From Candidatus Melainabacteria bacterium 17Bon1m (GTDB lineage: Bacteria > Cyanobacteriota > Vampirovibrionia > Obscuribacterales > Obscuribacteraceae): a DNA stretch of 64,000 nucleotides. The first letter of the stretch is position 1. Every line of letters starts with the position of its first letter. The position numbers and the translations under genes were made by a program. Location: the NCBI GenBank assembly GCA_032128875.1, contig JAVLKG010000003.1, positions 385,008 through 449,007 of the forward strand, written 5' to 3'. Of this stretch, positions 28,590 through 37,483 are shown one piece after another. The notes beneath the pieces are model-generated. The model made no database searches and was not told the origin of the DNA. It saw nothing but the letters and a program-made list of their open reading frames with translations.

Positions 28590-29309
28590 GTGTCCACACG
28601 ATGCAACCCGAAAGCGTTAATGGTACTGGCTGCCCTCGCGTTTTCTTTGTCGATTTCAGGGTTGGGCGCGACCGCAAAGTCCGGTCATACAGCAAAGAAA
28701 AACTCTTCGCCTAAGATCAGCGCGCCTACAAAGAATAATTCTGCCGCCAATAAAGACTGCTCTGAAAAGGAGATGGTCGAGGGGTTTATTGCCGCTGTAA
28801 CTCGACCTGATGCCGACAAGCATGCGAAAGCTGGTTTTGATGAAGCGGCTCAATTGATGGCATTTGATGAAATGGCAAAGCGCGCTTTTGGCGATGCCGG
28901 CTGGCCGAAATTCTCTCCTGCAGAGCAAAAGGAAATCGTCGTTCTGTTTCGACGCTTGATCGAAATTCGCTTTTACCCGCGTTGGCGCCGTGTTTTTCAG
29001 AATGGTAAGTTCGAGGTGGCGGATGTCCAGAAGGGCGCAGACTCAATTGTCTCTGGAAGTCTGAATGCGGACGGCAGGAAATCAGCTTTGTCGTTTCGCC
29101 TTACTAAGACGCCAGAAGGTTACAGATTGGTGAGCATGTCCGTGAAAGAAAAGGACATGCTTGAGCGCACTTCAGTTCGTTTGAAGCGCGGTCTTGCTAA
29201 CAAAGGCGCAGCCGGGCTAATTGCGCATTTGAGAAAACGGACACAAGAGGCGCAAAAAGATTCGAATTATAAGCCGCCACTAGAAGAGTTAATCTCGGGC
29301 GGTAAGTAG
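28590..29309 (+). CDS. MlaC/Ttg2D-family periplasmic lipid-binding protein
   Basis: Signal peptide; FDEMAKRAFG...W..FSPAEQKE..LF motif and C-terminal GAAGLIAHL. GTG start chosen from the GAGGA RBS. Confidence 0.7.
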   Translation: MSTRCNPKALMVLAALAFSLSISGLGATAKSGHTAKKNSSPKISAPTKNNSAANKDCSEKEMVEGFIAAVTRPDADKHAKAGFDEAAQLMAFDEMAKRAFGDAGWPKFSPAEQKEIVVLFRRLIEIRFYPRWRRVFQNGKFEVADVQKGADSIVSGSLNADGRKSALSFRLTKTPEGYRLVSMSVKEKDMLERTSVRLKRGLANKGAAGLIAHLRKRTQEAQKDSNYKPPLEELISGGK

Positions 29310-29566
29310 CGTTTCTCGAGCGTAGGGCTGGGCCTTGTTTTCAGGTACAGCCAAGTAACCTTTCGGCAGCATGCGCGGTCTTGACCGGTTTGAGTGGCCC
29401 TACTAGAATTATTATTGAGAGTTAATAATGCGCGCTTAGTGAGGTCAGACCTCGCCATAGATGCTTCACCAAGTGCTTCCGTTGGGCTAAGAGGAGTTTT
29501 CCTATGCTGCTGTGCGGTTGTGAATTTTGTCGTGGTGGCAAACGACGAAAATTAGGACGTTGCCGA

Positions 29567-31357
29567 ATGCGCGGACAGCGCGGCAATATGCTGGTTTTTA
29601 TCCTTGCCATCTTGATGGGGATCTTGATGCTTCTGCTGGGATTCGCTCTCAGTTATGTCCGTATGCTCGGTTCGAATGCCGAACAGAAGACTGCCATTGA
29701 AGCGGCTTCTTTGGCTGCTGCTAAAGACTTGGCACGCATCGTTATCGAGGATCCGAATTTTGGGTTTATCTCGCTGTCGGATGCCGCGCCATCAACGCCT
29801 AACACTAAAGCTGATGACGGGTTTTCGATGCCTGTTGTCGGCATCAATACACTGCTCGGCACCATCCGTTTAGACATGATCGTTGCAAGTGAGTTGGGCG
29901 ACAATACGATGTCCACACTCGCTCAGACCGATTACACCAACGCGATGCAGGCCAAAGATTTCCTGGTCAGCAACCTGCAACAAGCGATGCTCCCGGGCAA
30001 CGGTGGGTCTAATTTGCGTGACGTCGACGGTAACGTGGTCAGTCCATATCAAGCTGCTGTCGAAGCTTACCAGCAGAACGTGGTGCGCATCGCCGGCGGT
30101 AATTCGCGCATGGTCAACGGCTCCATGAAGTTGACACTGGGTGCGCTCACAACCCCTGCGACTACCAGCACCCCGATTCCAAACCCGCAGGCTCTCTCGA
30201 ACACCAGCGGGGCACAAGTTAATCAAGGATGTTACACCTCCTACAATGACATTCCATATGCTGGGAAAAGCTTTGTGTTTGCCGGCATCGGCAAGGACGT
30301 CAAACTTGTCGACCTGAAGAATTTCACGACGAGTCTTGGTTCTGTTCCGTATTTCATCCCGACAATAGTTAAAGCCGAAGCCGATCACATGGTCGTCTCC
30401 GCCGGGCAGGGCGGTACCAATATCGTTCACTCCGTTGCCTGCGCTCAGCCCGCATCGGTGCACGATCCTAGACCGGCGCCCGGAGCTATTACTCTCTCAA
30501 TGCTGCCTGGAAAGGTCGACGACCTTCCGCAACCGGGCAGTATGACGTCAGATCCGCAGCTGTCTAACACCCCTCTGGAAATCAAAACCTCAGTTGGTGG
30601 AGATACTCCGGGTGGCGGTACCCTCGCACCCACACCCGTCAGTGGGTTCGGCAGTTCAATGACCTTAGGTCAAGCGTTCAGCATGGGCTTCTACGACTGG
30701 CTGAGGCGCGCAGGCACCAAAGCGGACGTAAAGGCTGTGAAAGCCTTCATGAGTACACCATTCGGTCCTGGCATTACCAGCACCGTTGGTGGTGTCAACT
30801 GCTACACCTGGAATGAGGATGGAACGATCCGTTATGCTCAAATGTCAGGGCTGACGGCGCGGAATGTTACAGTAAGCCACTTTCAAGGAAGAGTGGTCAG
30901 CTCAGGTACTTTCACAAGCTCAACTGGAAAAACTTACAAGGTAATTGGTACCGACGAAAGCCGCCAACCGGGAAGGATGCGAGGCGGGCAGCACGGCGGC
31001 GAGCCTCTGGAAGATCCAGTTGTACAAGCGTGTGCTGGCTTGCCTGCAACAACAATATCGTCATCTGATACTGGATCTGATATTGCTGGACTGTTGGGCT
31101 TATTGCTGATGGTGGCTGTCCCTTCCGGGCTGTTTGTCGCCGGTACACAACGCAACAGCAAAGTAATGCGTCAGGTCGCAGCGGCAATGCTTCTCGCAGG
31201 CACAGAGGCGTCCACGCTCGGACTCCTTACCGCTTGCGGTGGAGGCTCGCCTCCGCCACCAGTAGTGGTGACTACGACTGTAACTGGTCCGCGTGTTAAT
31301 AGACCAACTTACACATCCAATGGCATCGTGGTCGACCTGACTTTCATCAAGCAGTAG
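29567..31357 (+). CDS. TadG/TadE-like pseudopilin-domain protein
   Basis: QRG followed by a hydrophobic helix, then EQKTAIEAASLAAA, a Tad-like pattern. ATG 29567 with AGGA RBS. Confidence 0.65.
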   Translation: MRGQRGNMLVFILAILMGILMLLLGFALSYVRMLGSNAEQKTAIEAASLAAAKDLARIVIEDPNFGFISLSDAAPSTPNTKADDGFSMPVVGINTLLGTIRLDMIVASELGDNTMSTLAQTDYTNAMQAKDFLVSNLQQAMLPGNGGSNLRDVDGNVVSPYQAAVEAYQQNVVRIAGGNSRMVNGSMKLTLGALTTPATTSTPIPNPQALSNTSGAQVNQGCYTSYNDIPYAGKSFVFAGIGKDVKLVDLKNFTTSLGSVPYFIPTIVKAEADHMVVSAGQGGTNIVHSVACAQPASVHDPRPAPGAITLSMLPGKVDDLPQPGSMTSDPQLSNTPLEIKTSVGGDTPGGGTLAPTPVSGFGSSMTLGQAFSMGFYDWLRRAGTKADVKAVKAFMSTPFGPGITSTVGGVNCYTWNEDGTIRYAQMSGLTARNVTVSHFQGRVVSSGTFTSSTGKTYKVIGTDESRQPGRMRGGQHGGEPLEDPVVQACAGLPATTISSSDTGSDIAGLLGLLLMVAVPSGLFVAGTQRNSKVMRQVAAAMLLAGTEASTLGLLTACGGGSPPPPVVVTTTVTGPRVNRPTYTSNGIVVDLTFIKQ

Positions 31358-31408
31358 GTCTTCGACTCCGAACGATAGCTAAGTCCGAAATCAGACAAAG
31401 GGTGGCTC

Positions 31409-33712
31409 TCAGGAGTCACCCTTTTTAGCTTTTGAGGTAACAGAAAAAACGTTCTTCTGCCCTCTCACAACCCATGGATCTTCGAGAATTTGTTTTTGCA
31501 GTTTTGCCGGAATCTTATATAGTGCAAAAATCAACCGATCAATTTCGGTTTGAATAATACTTTCCTTCGATTTTGCCCATGCGATGAAGCTAATGTCTAT
31601 TAGGTTTCCTTCCATGCTTTCCACACGACGTGCCAGGTCGACTGCTTCTTCTGCAAGCTTTGACACTTCAAATTGTGTCATTGCATCAGGTTGTGCAAAA
31701 GGCAACTTTCTCAAATCACCAATTTGAAAATTGATGGTTGGATTGAGAACGCCCATGAGATAACGGACCAGTGATGAGTTCATAAAGCCAAGCATGTACA
31801 TGCGTAGAGGCTCGGGGGTAAACACCGAAGAGCTAGCTATATCAAAAATAGAGTCAGGGCTGAGGAGTCGCGCCTTGAAACCTTGCGTTCCTATATATGA
31901 GTACGTTATGCCGGGCTTGAAGTAATATTCTTCACCTGGCAAGCTGCGCGATTGACCTCTTGATACTCGATATTCGCGTATAACATCTCCGCCATTTTGC
32001 CAGTGCAAAAGATACGGCGTTGAGTGAAACCATTTCTTGCCGCCGCCTTTGTCGTAAGGCACATACTCGTGGCGCTCACCATCCGAAACCTCTTCGAATT
32101 TGCGCACGAACATTTTGTTGTTGCAGGTGAACAAGCCATTCACAACTACAATTCCAGAGTTGTTGTCCTGTAATGGTGGATGTTTTTCGAAGAGTGCCGT
32201 GATCAGCGGTGGGCACCATGGCGCAATGGTCGGTTTTTGAGCTGATGTTGAGTTGAGAGATTCCACCTCGCGCATTTCTAAGGCGGACCTTATGCCGAAC
32301 GCTTCTGCCCGTTTTTTCTCTTCCGGGTAAAGAATGCGAGCGAACTGTAATTGTCTAGAACTGTTAGTGTCTCTTGTTTCCGCTCTTTTACGCAACGTGA
32401 TGATTGCATTGTTGACTTTCTCGCCCGCGCGAGTCGGAAAACTTCCAGAACCAAGTTGAACGATGGTTTCAATTTTGCTTTCTTGTTCTATAAACTCTCT
32501 CAACGGTCTGAAGCGAGAGATTGAAAGCACGCTCTGCTGGCAGATCAAGCTGGCACGAGCATTTTTCTCGAGCATCGAAATAGATAATTCTACAAAGGCT
32601 GTATAGAGATCATATTTTGACAGCGGATATTGTTGTTTCAAAAAGTGCGATAACTTTTCCGGCATGTTTCGCATGCTCATATATGGCGGATTTGCTGCCA
32701 GCGCGCCGAACTTGCCTGGTAATCTCGCAGCAGGAAGACAGTTTTCACCTTCAAGTGACAAGAGAATTTTCTTGTCGTTGTGACAATTATGGTTGAGAAG
32801 AAGAGACCCGCCTAAATCATTTATGGTGTATACGTTTGCCGGTTGCAGAGCCACACTTGCATCGAAATCGCGACTTGCAAGATACAAACAGAAATTGGCC
32901 GACGCTGTTAACTGTTCGTCTATTTCCAGTCCGAAAATGAGTTTTTCGATTGCAGATCTAACAGCATCACTGGTGGAGCATCCAGATTCCATCAGTAGTT
33001 TTACTGTTCTGTAAAATGCTGGAACCAAAATATGTCCTGCTCCGCAAGCCGGATCGATGAATGTTTGATTTGCGCGCGTGATCGCTTCTTCCACAAGAAA
33101 CTCAGCGATCCAGGCAGGAGTAAACCACTTTGTGTAAAACGGCGAATGTCCATCTGCGCGCAGGTTTTTCTTGAGTTGTTTTTCGCTTTGATGGAGCAGG
33201 TATTGATAGACCCAGCCTGAAAAGAGCGGGTCGCTAAAAGTCTTTGCACGTCCGCTTTCACTTTTCGCCATCCACTTACGCAAACATTCAATTGTTCGAA
33301 CGGTGGCGTCCTCAAGAGAGTCCTCATTTGCGTTCGCTGCTATCTGTTTCACCATCTGGCCGGCGGCTGTCGCCATAGGGCAGTCATCAAAATGTGGTTT
33401 TTGGTAACCGAAAATATCTAGCGAGATTTTTGCAATCGCTGCTTCAAGCGAAGTGCCAGCCAGATTGCCTGGCATGAGCTGTCTTTCCGAAAGACTAATG
33501 AGGCAAGCGAATAACCATGTCAGCTGCAGGCTTGGCTCGAATTCGTATTGGCTGGCAGAGTGCTCGGCCTTGATAGCCCAGCGAGTAGCATTGCTCGCGC
33601 GTGTGCCCGCAGCTAGAGGTTTTGTTTTTGCCAACGTCTTGCATAGCTCGTCTGTGAGCCGCTTTACACAGGTAAGTCCTAATTGCTGATCGTTCTGATT
33701 TTGCATACTCAA
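31409..33712 (-). CDS. N6-adenine DNA methyltransferase, BREX PglX(BrxX)-like
   Basis: FTPAWI, motif I DPACGAGH, motif IV ANPPYM, KYDLYTAF, and a specificity region YDKGGGKKWF...WQNGG...YYFKPGITYS...NPTINFQIGDL resembling type I BREX PglX. Confidence 0.8.
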   Translation of the reverse strand: MSMQNQNDQQLGLTCVKRLTDELCKTLAKTKPLAAGTRASNATRWAIKAEHSASQYEFEPSLQLTWLFACLISLSERQLMPGNLAGTSLEAAIAKISLDIFGYQKPHFDDCPMATAAGQMVKQIAANANEDSLEDATVRTIECLRKWMAKSESGRAKTFSDPLFSGWVYQYLLHQSEKQLKKNLRADGHSPFYTKWFTPAWIAEFLVEEAITRANQTFIDPACGAGHILVPAFYRTVKLLMESGCSTSDAVRSAIEKLIFGLEIDEQLTASANFCLYLASRDFDASVALQPANVYTINDLGGSLLLNHNCHNDKKILLSLEGENCLPAARLPGKFGALAANPPYMSMRNMPEKLSHFLKQQYPLSKYDLYTAFVELSISMLEKNARASLICQQSVLSISRFRPLREFIEQESKIETIVQLGSGSFPTRAGEKVNNAIITLRKRAETRDTNSSRQLQFARILYPEEKKRAEAFGIRSALEMREVESLNSTSAQKPTIAPWCPPLITALFEKHPPLQDNNSGIVVVNGLFTCNNKMFVRKFEEVSDGERHEYVPYDKGGGKKWFHSTPYLLHWQNGGDVIREYRVSRGQSRSLPGEEYYFKPGITYSYIGTQGFKARLLSPDSIFDIASSSVFTPEPLRMYMLGFMNSSLVRYLMGVLNPTINFQIGDLRKLPFAQPDAMTQFEVSKLAEEAVDLARRVESMEGNLIDISFIAWAKSKESIIQTEIDRLIFALYKIPAKLQKQILEDPWVVRGQKNVFSVTSKAKKGDS

Positions 33713-33738
33713 AACTGGAAAACTAAGGCGTAAGCAAG

Positions 33739-34515
33739 TTATGTCAGAGCGCGGGTGCGATAGGCTTGTGACAGGGCTTCGAGATATTCTTCTGCGCCTT
33801 TGGTGCTATTGTCTGACAGCTTCTCTTTAAAGTGTTCCATCAATTTCGCTGCCACCACTGGGCGCTGTTTTTTGCCCATGGTTTTGCGGCGTTTCAAAAA
33901 GCTCGACAAGATTTCGTACTCTTGCGGCGTTATGCGTCCGATGTCCAGCATGTCCGCTTCGACTAATTTTGCGTTGTCCAAATCAACGTCATCTTTCGCT
34001 GTTGTCAGAAGTTCTGAATCACGCTCGCGCACAACCACCGTGCCGGCAGCCAAATCTCCAAATCGCCGTTCGTTGTTGTCTACAAGAATTGCCAGCACAC
34101 CGATTAACATAAGACCTGTATCAATGACACGGACCAGATTGCGGATAATAACAGCCGGCCATGTGACAGGCTGTCCATTCTGCTCGATGACTCGAATATG
34201 CGCCACACGTTTGCCGGGCGTCTGTCCTTGCCATGTCCCTTCGAAGAACATGTGGTAGCCAAAGTGAATAATGAAGGTGCCGAATATCAGTACCATGATG
34301 ATGAAGCCGTAGCCTATGCCCTTTACATGTGCGGGCATCGAGCTCATCGATACAAGAGTGAAGACTCCCCAGGCGGCTAAACCCATGATTGTGATTACAA
34401 CCAGGCTAATCGTCTGATCGATTAACCCCGCCAGAATGCGATTGCCAAGCCCTGCCAACTCAAGGTGTAGGTCAACATTTTCCGGGGTAGAGATAGAGTA
34501 GTCGGGGTTGTGCAT
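33739..34515 (-). CDS. RDD family membrane protein
   Basis: TPENV...LAGLGNRILAGLID, GQTPGKR, IRNLVRVID and RFGDLAAGTVVV motifs. Confidence 0.92.
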   Translation of the reverse strand: MHNPDYSISTPENVDLHLELAGLGNRILAGLIDQTISLVVITIMGLAAWGVFTLVSMSSMPAHVKGIGYGFIIMVLIFGTFIIHFGYHMFFEGTWQGQTPGKRVAHIRVIEQNGQPVTWPAVIIRNLVRVIDTGLMLIGVLAILVDNNERRFGDLAAGTVVVRERDSELLTTAKDDVDLDNAKLVEADMLDIGRITPQEYEILSSFLKRRKTMGKKQRPVVAAKLMEHFKEKLSDNSTKGAEEYLEALSQAYRTRALT

Positions 34516-34596
34516 TGGCTTTTAGACTGCGATTTGCGCTTAAATTAAGTATGACCGAAAGTCGCCTGTGATGATGCACCATTATGCGTTATTTGA

Positions 34597-35613
34597 ATGA
34601 ACGTCGAACGTTGGCTTAAAACCAGAAAACCGGCATGGGAGAAGTTGGAAGCTCTCATCAAGCGTATCGAGAAATCCGGTATGCATAGGCTGGACCGCTC
34701 TGAGCTCCAGGAGTTGGGTCGCCTGTACCGAATGACGTCCGCAGACCTGTCAAGGGCGCGTTCGCTTAAGCTCCCCCAGGACGTACAGGTTTATCTGAAC
34801 AACCTGGTGGTGAAAGCGCACAACCAAGTCTATCAAACTCGAAGAAACCGCTGGGCTGACCTCGGAAACTTCCTCTGGCTGACTTTTCCGCGTCTGGTCA
34901 AAGAGAAAATCCTCTATATCATGGTCTCCTTTCTGCTCTTTGCCGGACCTGGTGTGCTTGCTTATTGCATGACGGTCAAAGATCCCCATTTTGCACAATT
35001 GGAAATCATGAAAAACCATCCTCTCGTGAGTGAGGAGATGTGGAACATGATCGAGAACAAGAAGATGTGGACTGATTCGGTTCAAGGATATAGCCAAACC
35101 GCATCCAGCATGATTGCTACCAACAATATCCGCGTCTGCATAATGTCATTTGTGTTTGGTATCACATTTGGTTTTGGTACAGCCTTTGTTCTTTTGAACA
35201 ATGGGTTGAACATCGGCACTGTTCTTGGTTTGTGTAAGGCGTACGGCATGGTCGATAAGCCGCTGGCGTTTATTGCCGGGCATGGTGTTCTAGAACTGAC
35301 TGCGATATTCATCAGTGGCGGTGCAGGTCTATTAATCGGCCGCGCGCTTTTGTTTCCTGGGCAATATAGACGGATAGACGCTTTTAAAATGGTGGCACGA
35401 GATGCTGCTGGACTTTTTGGTGGTTGTGTGCCGCTGCTGCTGGTGGCAGGGATGATTGAAGGTTTTATCTCCCCGCGTACCGATATCTCGGCTGAGACGA
35501 AATTTGCCGTGAGCCTGGCCACGCTGGTCTTGCTCATGCTTTATCTGTTTGCGCCTAGAGCTTCGAAAGAAGAAATTGCTAAAGAAACTACAAAATTGAA
35601 TAATCAAAATTGA
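34597..35613 (+). CDS. Stage II sporulation protein M (SpoIIM) family membrane protein
   Basis: LYRMTSADLS, YLNNLV, TNNIRV, NG, HGVLEL and AGMIEGFISP motifs; usual neighbour of RDD genes. Confidence 0.9.
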   Translation: MNVERWLKTRKPAWEKLEALIKRIEKSGMHRLDRSELQELGRLYRMTSADLSRARSLKLPQDVQVYLNNLVVKAHNQVYQTRRNRWADLGNFLWLTFPRLVKEKILYIMVSFLLFAGPGVLAYCMTVKDPHFAQLEIMKNHPLVSEEMWNMIENKKMWTDSVQGYSQTASSMIATNNIRVCIMSFVFGITFGFGTAFVLLNNGLNIGTVLGLCKAYGMVDKPLAFIAGHGVLELTAIFISGGAGLLIGRALLFPGQYRRIDAFKMVARDAAGLFGGCVPLLLVAGMIEGFISPRTDISAETKFAVSLATLVLLMLYLFAPRASKEEIAKETTKLNNQN

Positions 35614-35692
35614 TAACTTGTCGTTAAAATAGTGGTATCAAATTCGAACCAGTTGATGTGATACCAAAGACGGAGCAAGTGTCGCAAGCCTG

Positions 35693-36775
35693 ATGACTCA
35701 AGCAACAGCAGTCGCGCCACAAACAAAGGCGCCCAAACTTACGGTTAGAAAAGTAAAGGGCAAGAAAAAACTGCCGCCAGGTCAGCGATTGCTTTTGTAT
35801 ATGTTTTTGGCTGCGTTCGTATCGCTGATTACGGCCAATCTCATTCCGCATGGCAAGACTGATGCGGTTCCTCAGGTCACCACCGTGATTGAGGTGATGC
35901 CTTTTCCTCTCACCAGTCGTCTCACGTCACTCGAAGACGAACTCGCAAAGTTGAGCGATAAGAAGAAATTGCGTACAGGATTGTTTGTTGTCGAACCAGC
36001 AACTGGGCGCTATGCAGAGATGAATGGACGCCAGCCTTTTATGGCCGCGAGCATGATCAAGGTGCCTGTGCTCGTCAGTTTGTTGGCGGCGCTGGATCGC
36101 AAAGCAGTATCACTCACTGAAAAGTTGACTATTAGCAAAGACCTCATCACTGGAGGGTCTGGCTATTTGCAGTGGCGTCCAGTGGACTCCAAGATTACTG
36201 TCAAGGAAGCAGCCGAATTGATGATCATCATTTCGGACAACACTGCCACCAATTTGCTGATCGACAGGCTGGGTGGGCTGGAAAAACTCAATAAACAGTA
36301 CGCCAGCTGGGGGTTGAAGAACACTAAGCTGAACAACCTGCTTGCTGATTTGGATGGCACCAACACAACCAACCCTTACGACCTCTGTTACATGATGGGT
36401 CGTATCGAGCGTGGTGAACTGATTTCTCAATCGAGCCGTGACTGGATGTATTCGATCATGCATCGCACGCGCATCAAAACATTGCTTCCCCAGGGTTTGA
36501 ATCCTGGCGATCGCATTTTCCATAAAACCGGTGACATCGGCAAAATGGTTGGTGACGTAGGTCTTGTTCATACCAAGGACGGCAAGCGTTATCTAGTTGC
36601 GGTCCAAGTGGAACGTCCGCACAATGACCGCCGCGCCAACGAGCTTATTCGCACATTGTCCCGCGCGATTCACGGCACCATTATCAAACCTGCCGATGGT
36701 GCCGTCGATGAAACCATCGCCGGAACAGACTCGATTATTCGCGCTGCCGCTGATCAAACCAGCCGCCATCCGTAG
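35693..36775 (+). CDS. Class A beta-lactamase-like serine hydrolase (PBP-A type), membrane anchored
   Basis: SMIK (SxxK), SDN and KTG motifs; short omega loop lacking the Glu166 equivalent; N-terminal TM. Confidence 0.85.
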   Translation: MTQATAVAPQTKAPKLTVRKVKGKKKLPPGQRLLLYMFLAAFVSLITANLIPHGKTDAVPQVTTVIEVMPFPLTSRLTSLEDELAKLSDKKKLRTGLFVVEPATGRYAEMNGRQPFMAASMIKVPVLVSLLAALDRKAVSLTEKLTISKDLITGGSGYLQWRPVDSKITVKEAAELMIIISDNTATNLLIDRLGGLEKLNKQYASWGLKNTKLNNLLADLDGTNTTNPYDLCYMMGRIERGELISQSSRDWMYSIMHRTRIKTLLPQGLNPGDRIFHKTGDIGKMVGDVGLVHTKDGKRYLVAVQVERPHNDRRANELIRTLSRAIHGTIIKPADGAVDETIAGTDSIIRAAADQTSRHP

Positions 36776-36826
36776 ACCTGCCTTTTGGGGTATGGACTGC
36801 CTGGGCTATCTGGGTAAATTTGAGAC

Positions 36827-37279
36827 ATGCGGACCTTGTCGATTTCTAAATTGACGCTCCTAGTCGCTCCAGCGTTTGTCTGGATTCTTTGCCTTTGCTC
36901 TACAGGAGCCGCGGCTAAAGATGATGCCACCAAGATTAGTGCTGGTCAGCGGGCGGCATCTGCGATAGAGCAGCGAGATGCCGAAACTGAAATTCGCCAG
37001 CATCTGCCGATTATGGTGATGGAGCGGAGGTCTGAAACAGCGACGGCAAACAATCGCCATAACCTCAGCGTGATCGACAATGTTCTCGGCAAGACTCTCG
37101 AGATTCTATCGCTTGCCTTTGGAGTGGCGATTATAGGGTTATCGGTTGCAGAGCAAAAGGAAAAGAGAGAAGCGGTTATGCGTATCACCGTGGGCACCGG
37201 TTTCGTCCTTTTCGGTTTGTTCTGCCCACCAATTATTCATGCCGTTTGTGAATGGGTTTCTCGTAGCCTATTTCATTAA
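36827..37279 (+). CDS. Hypothetical protein with signal peptide and two C-terminal TM helices (possibly VirB2/TrbC pilin-like)
   Basis: Signal ending AAA-K; two TMs separated by a charged loop; FGLFCPPII ending. Confidence 0.55.
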   Translation: MRTLSISKLTLLVAPAFVWILCLCSTGAAAKDDATKISAGQRAASAIEQRDAETEIRQHLPIMVMERRSETATANNRHNLSVIDNVLGKTLEILSLAFGVAIIGLSVAEQKEKREAVMRITVGTGFVLFGLFCPPIIHAVCEWVSRSLFH

Positions 37280-37483
37280 TTCGGCGTTTAATCTATCGCT
37301 ACCGACTGCTCGCAAGCTCGCAAAGCTAAGCGGGATGGACCTTTGGGTTTTAACAAATGGTCTTAAAGGGTATCTATCCTATATAAGCCGCGATATTCAC
37401 GCTGATTTCACGATGCGCCGATCAAAATAGGGCTATCCCCTGTTCTACACACAGTTTCTAGCTCCCGCGTTTGGGACTTACTA

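Noticed and set aside
31409-35613. Complete BREX or restriction-modification island
   Set aside because: No brxA/B/C, pglZ, brxL, endonuclease, integrase or flanking direct repeats were seen; the neighbours are ordinary RDD and SpoIIM genes.
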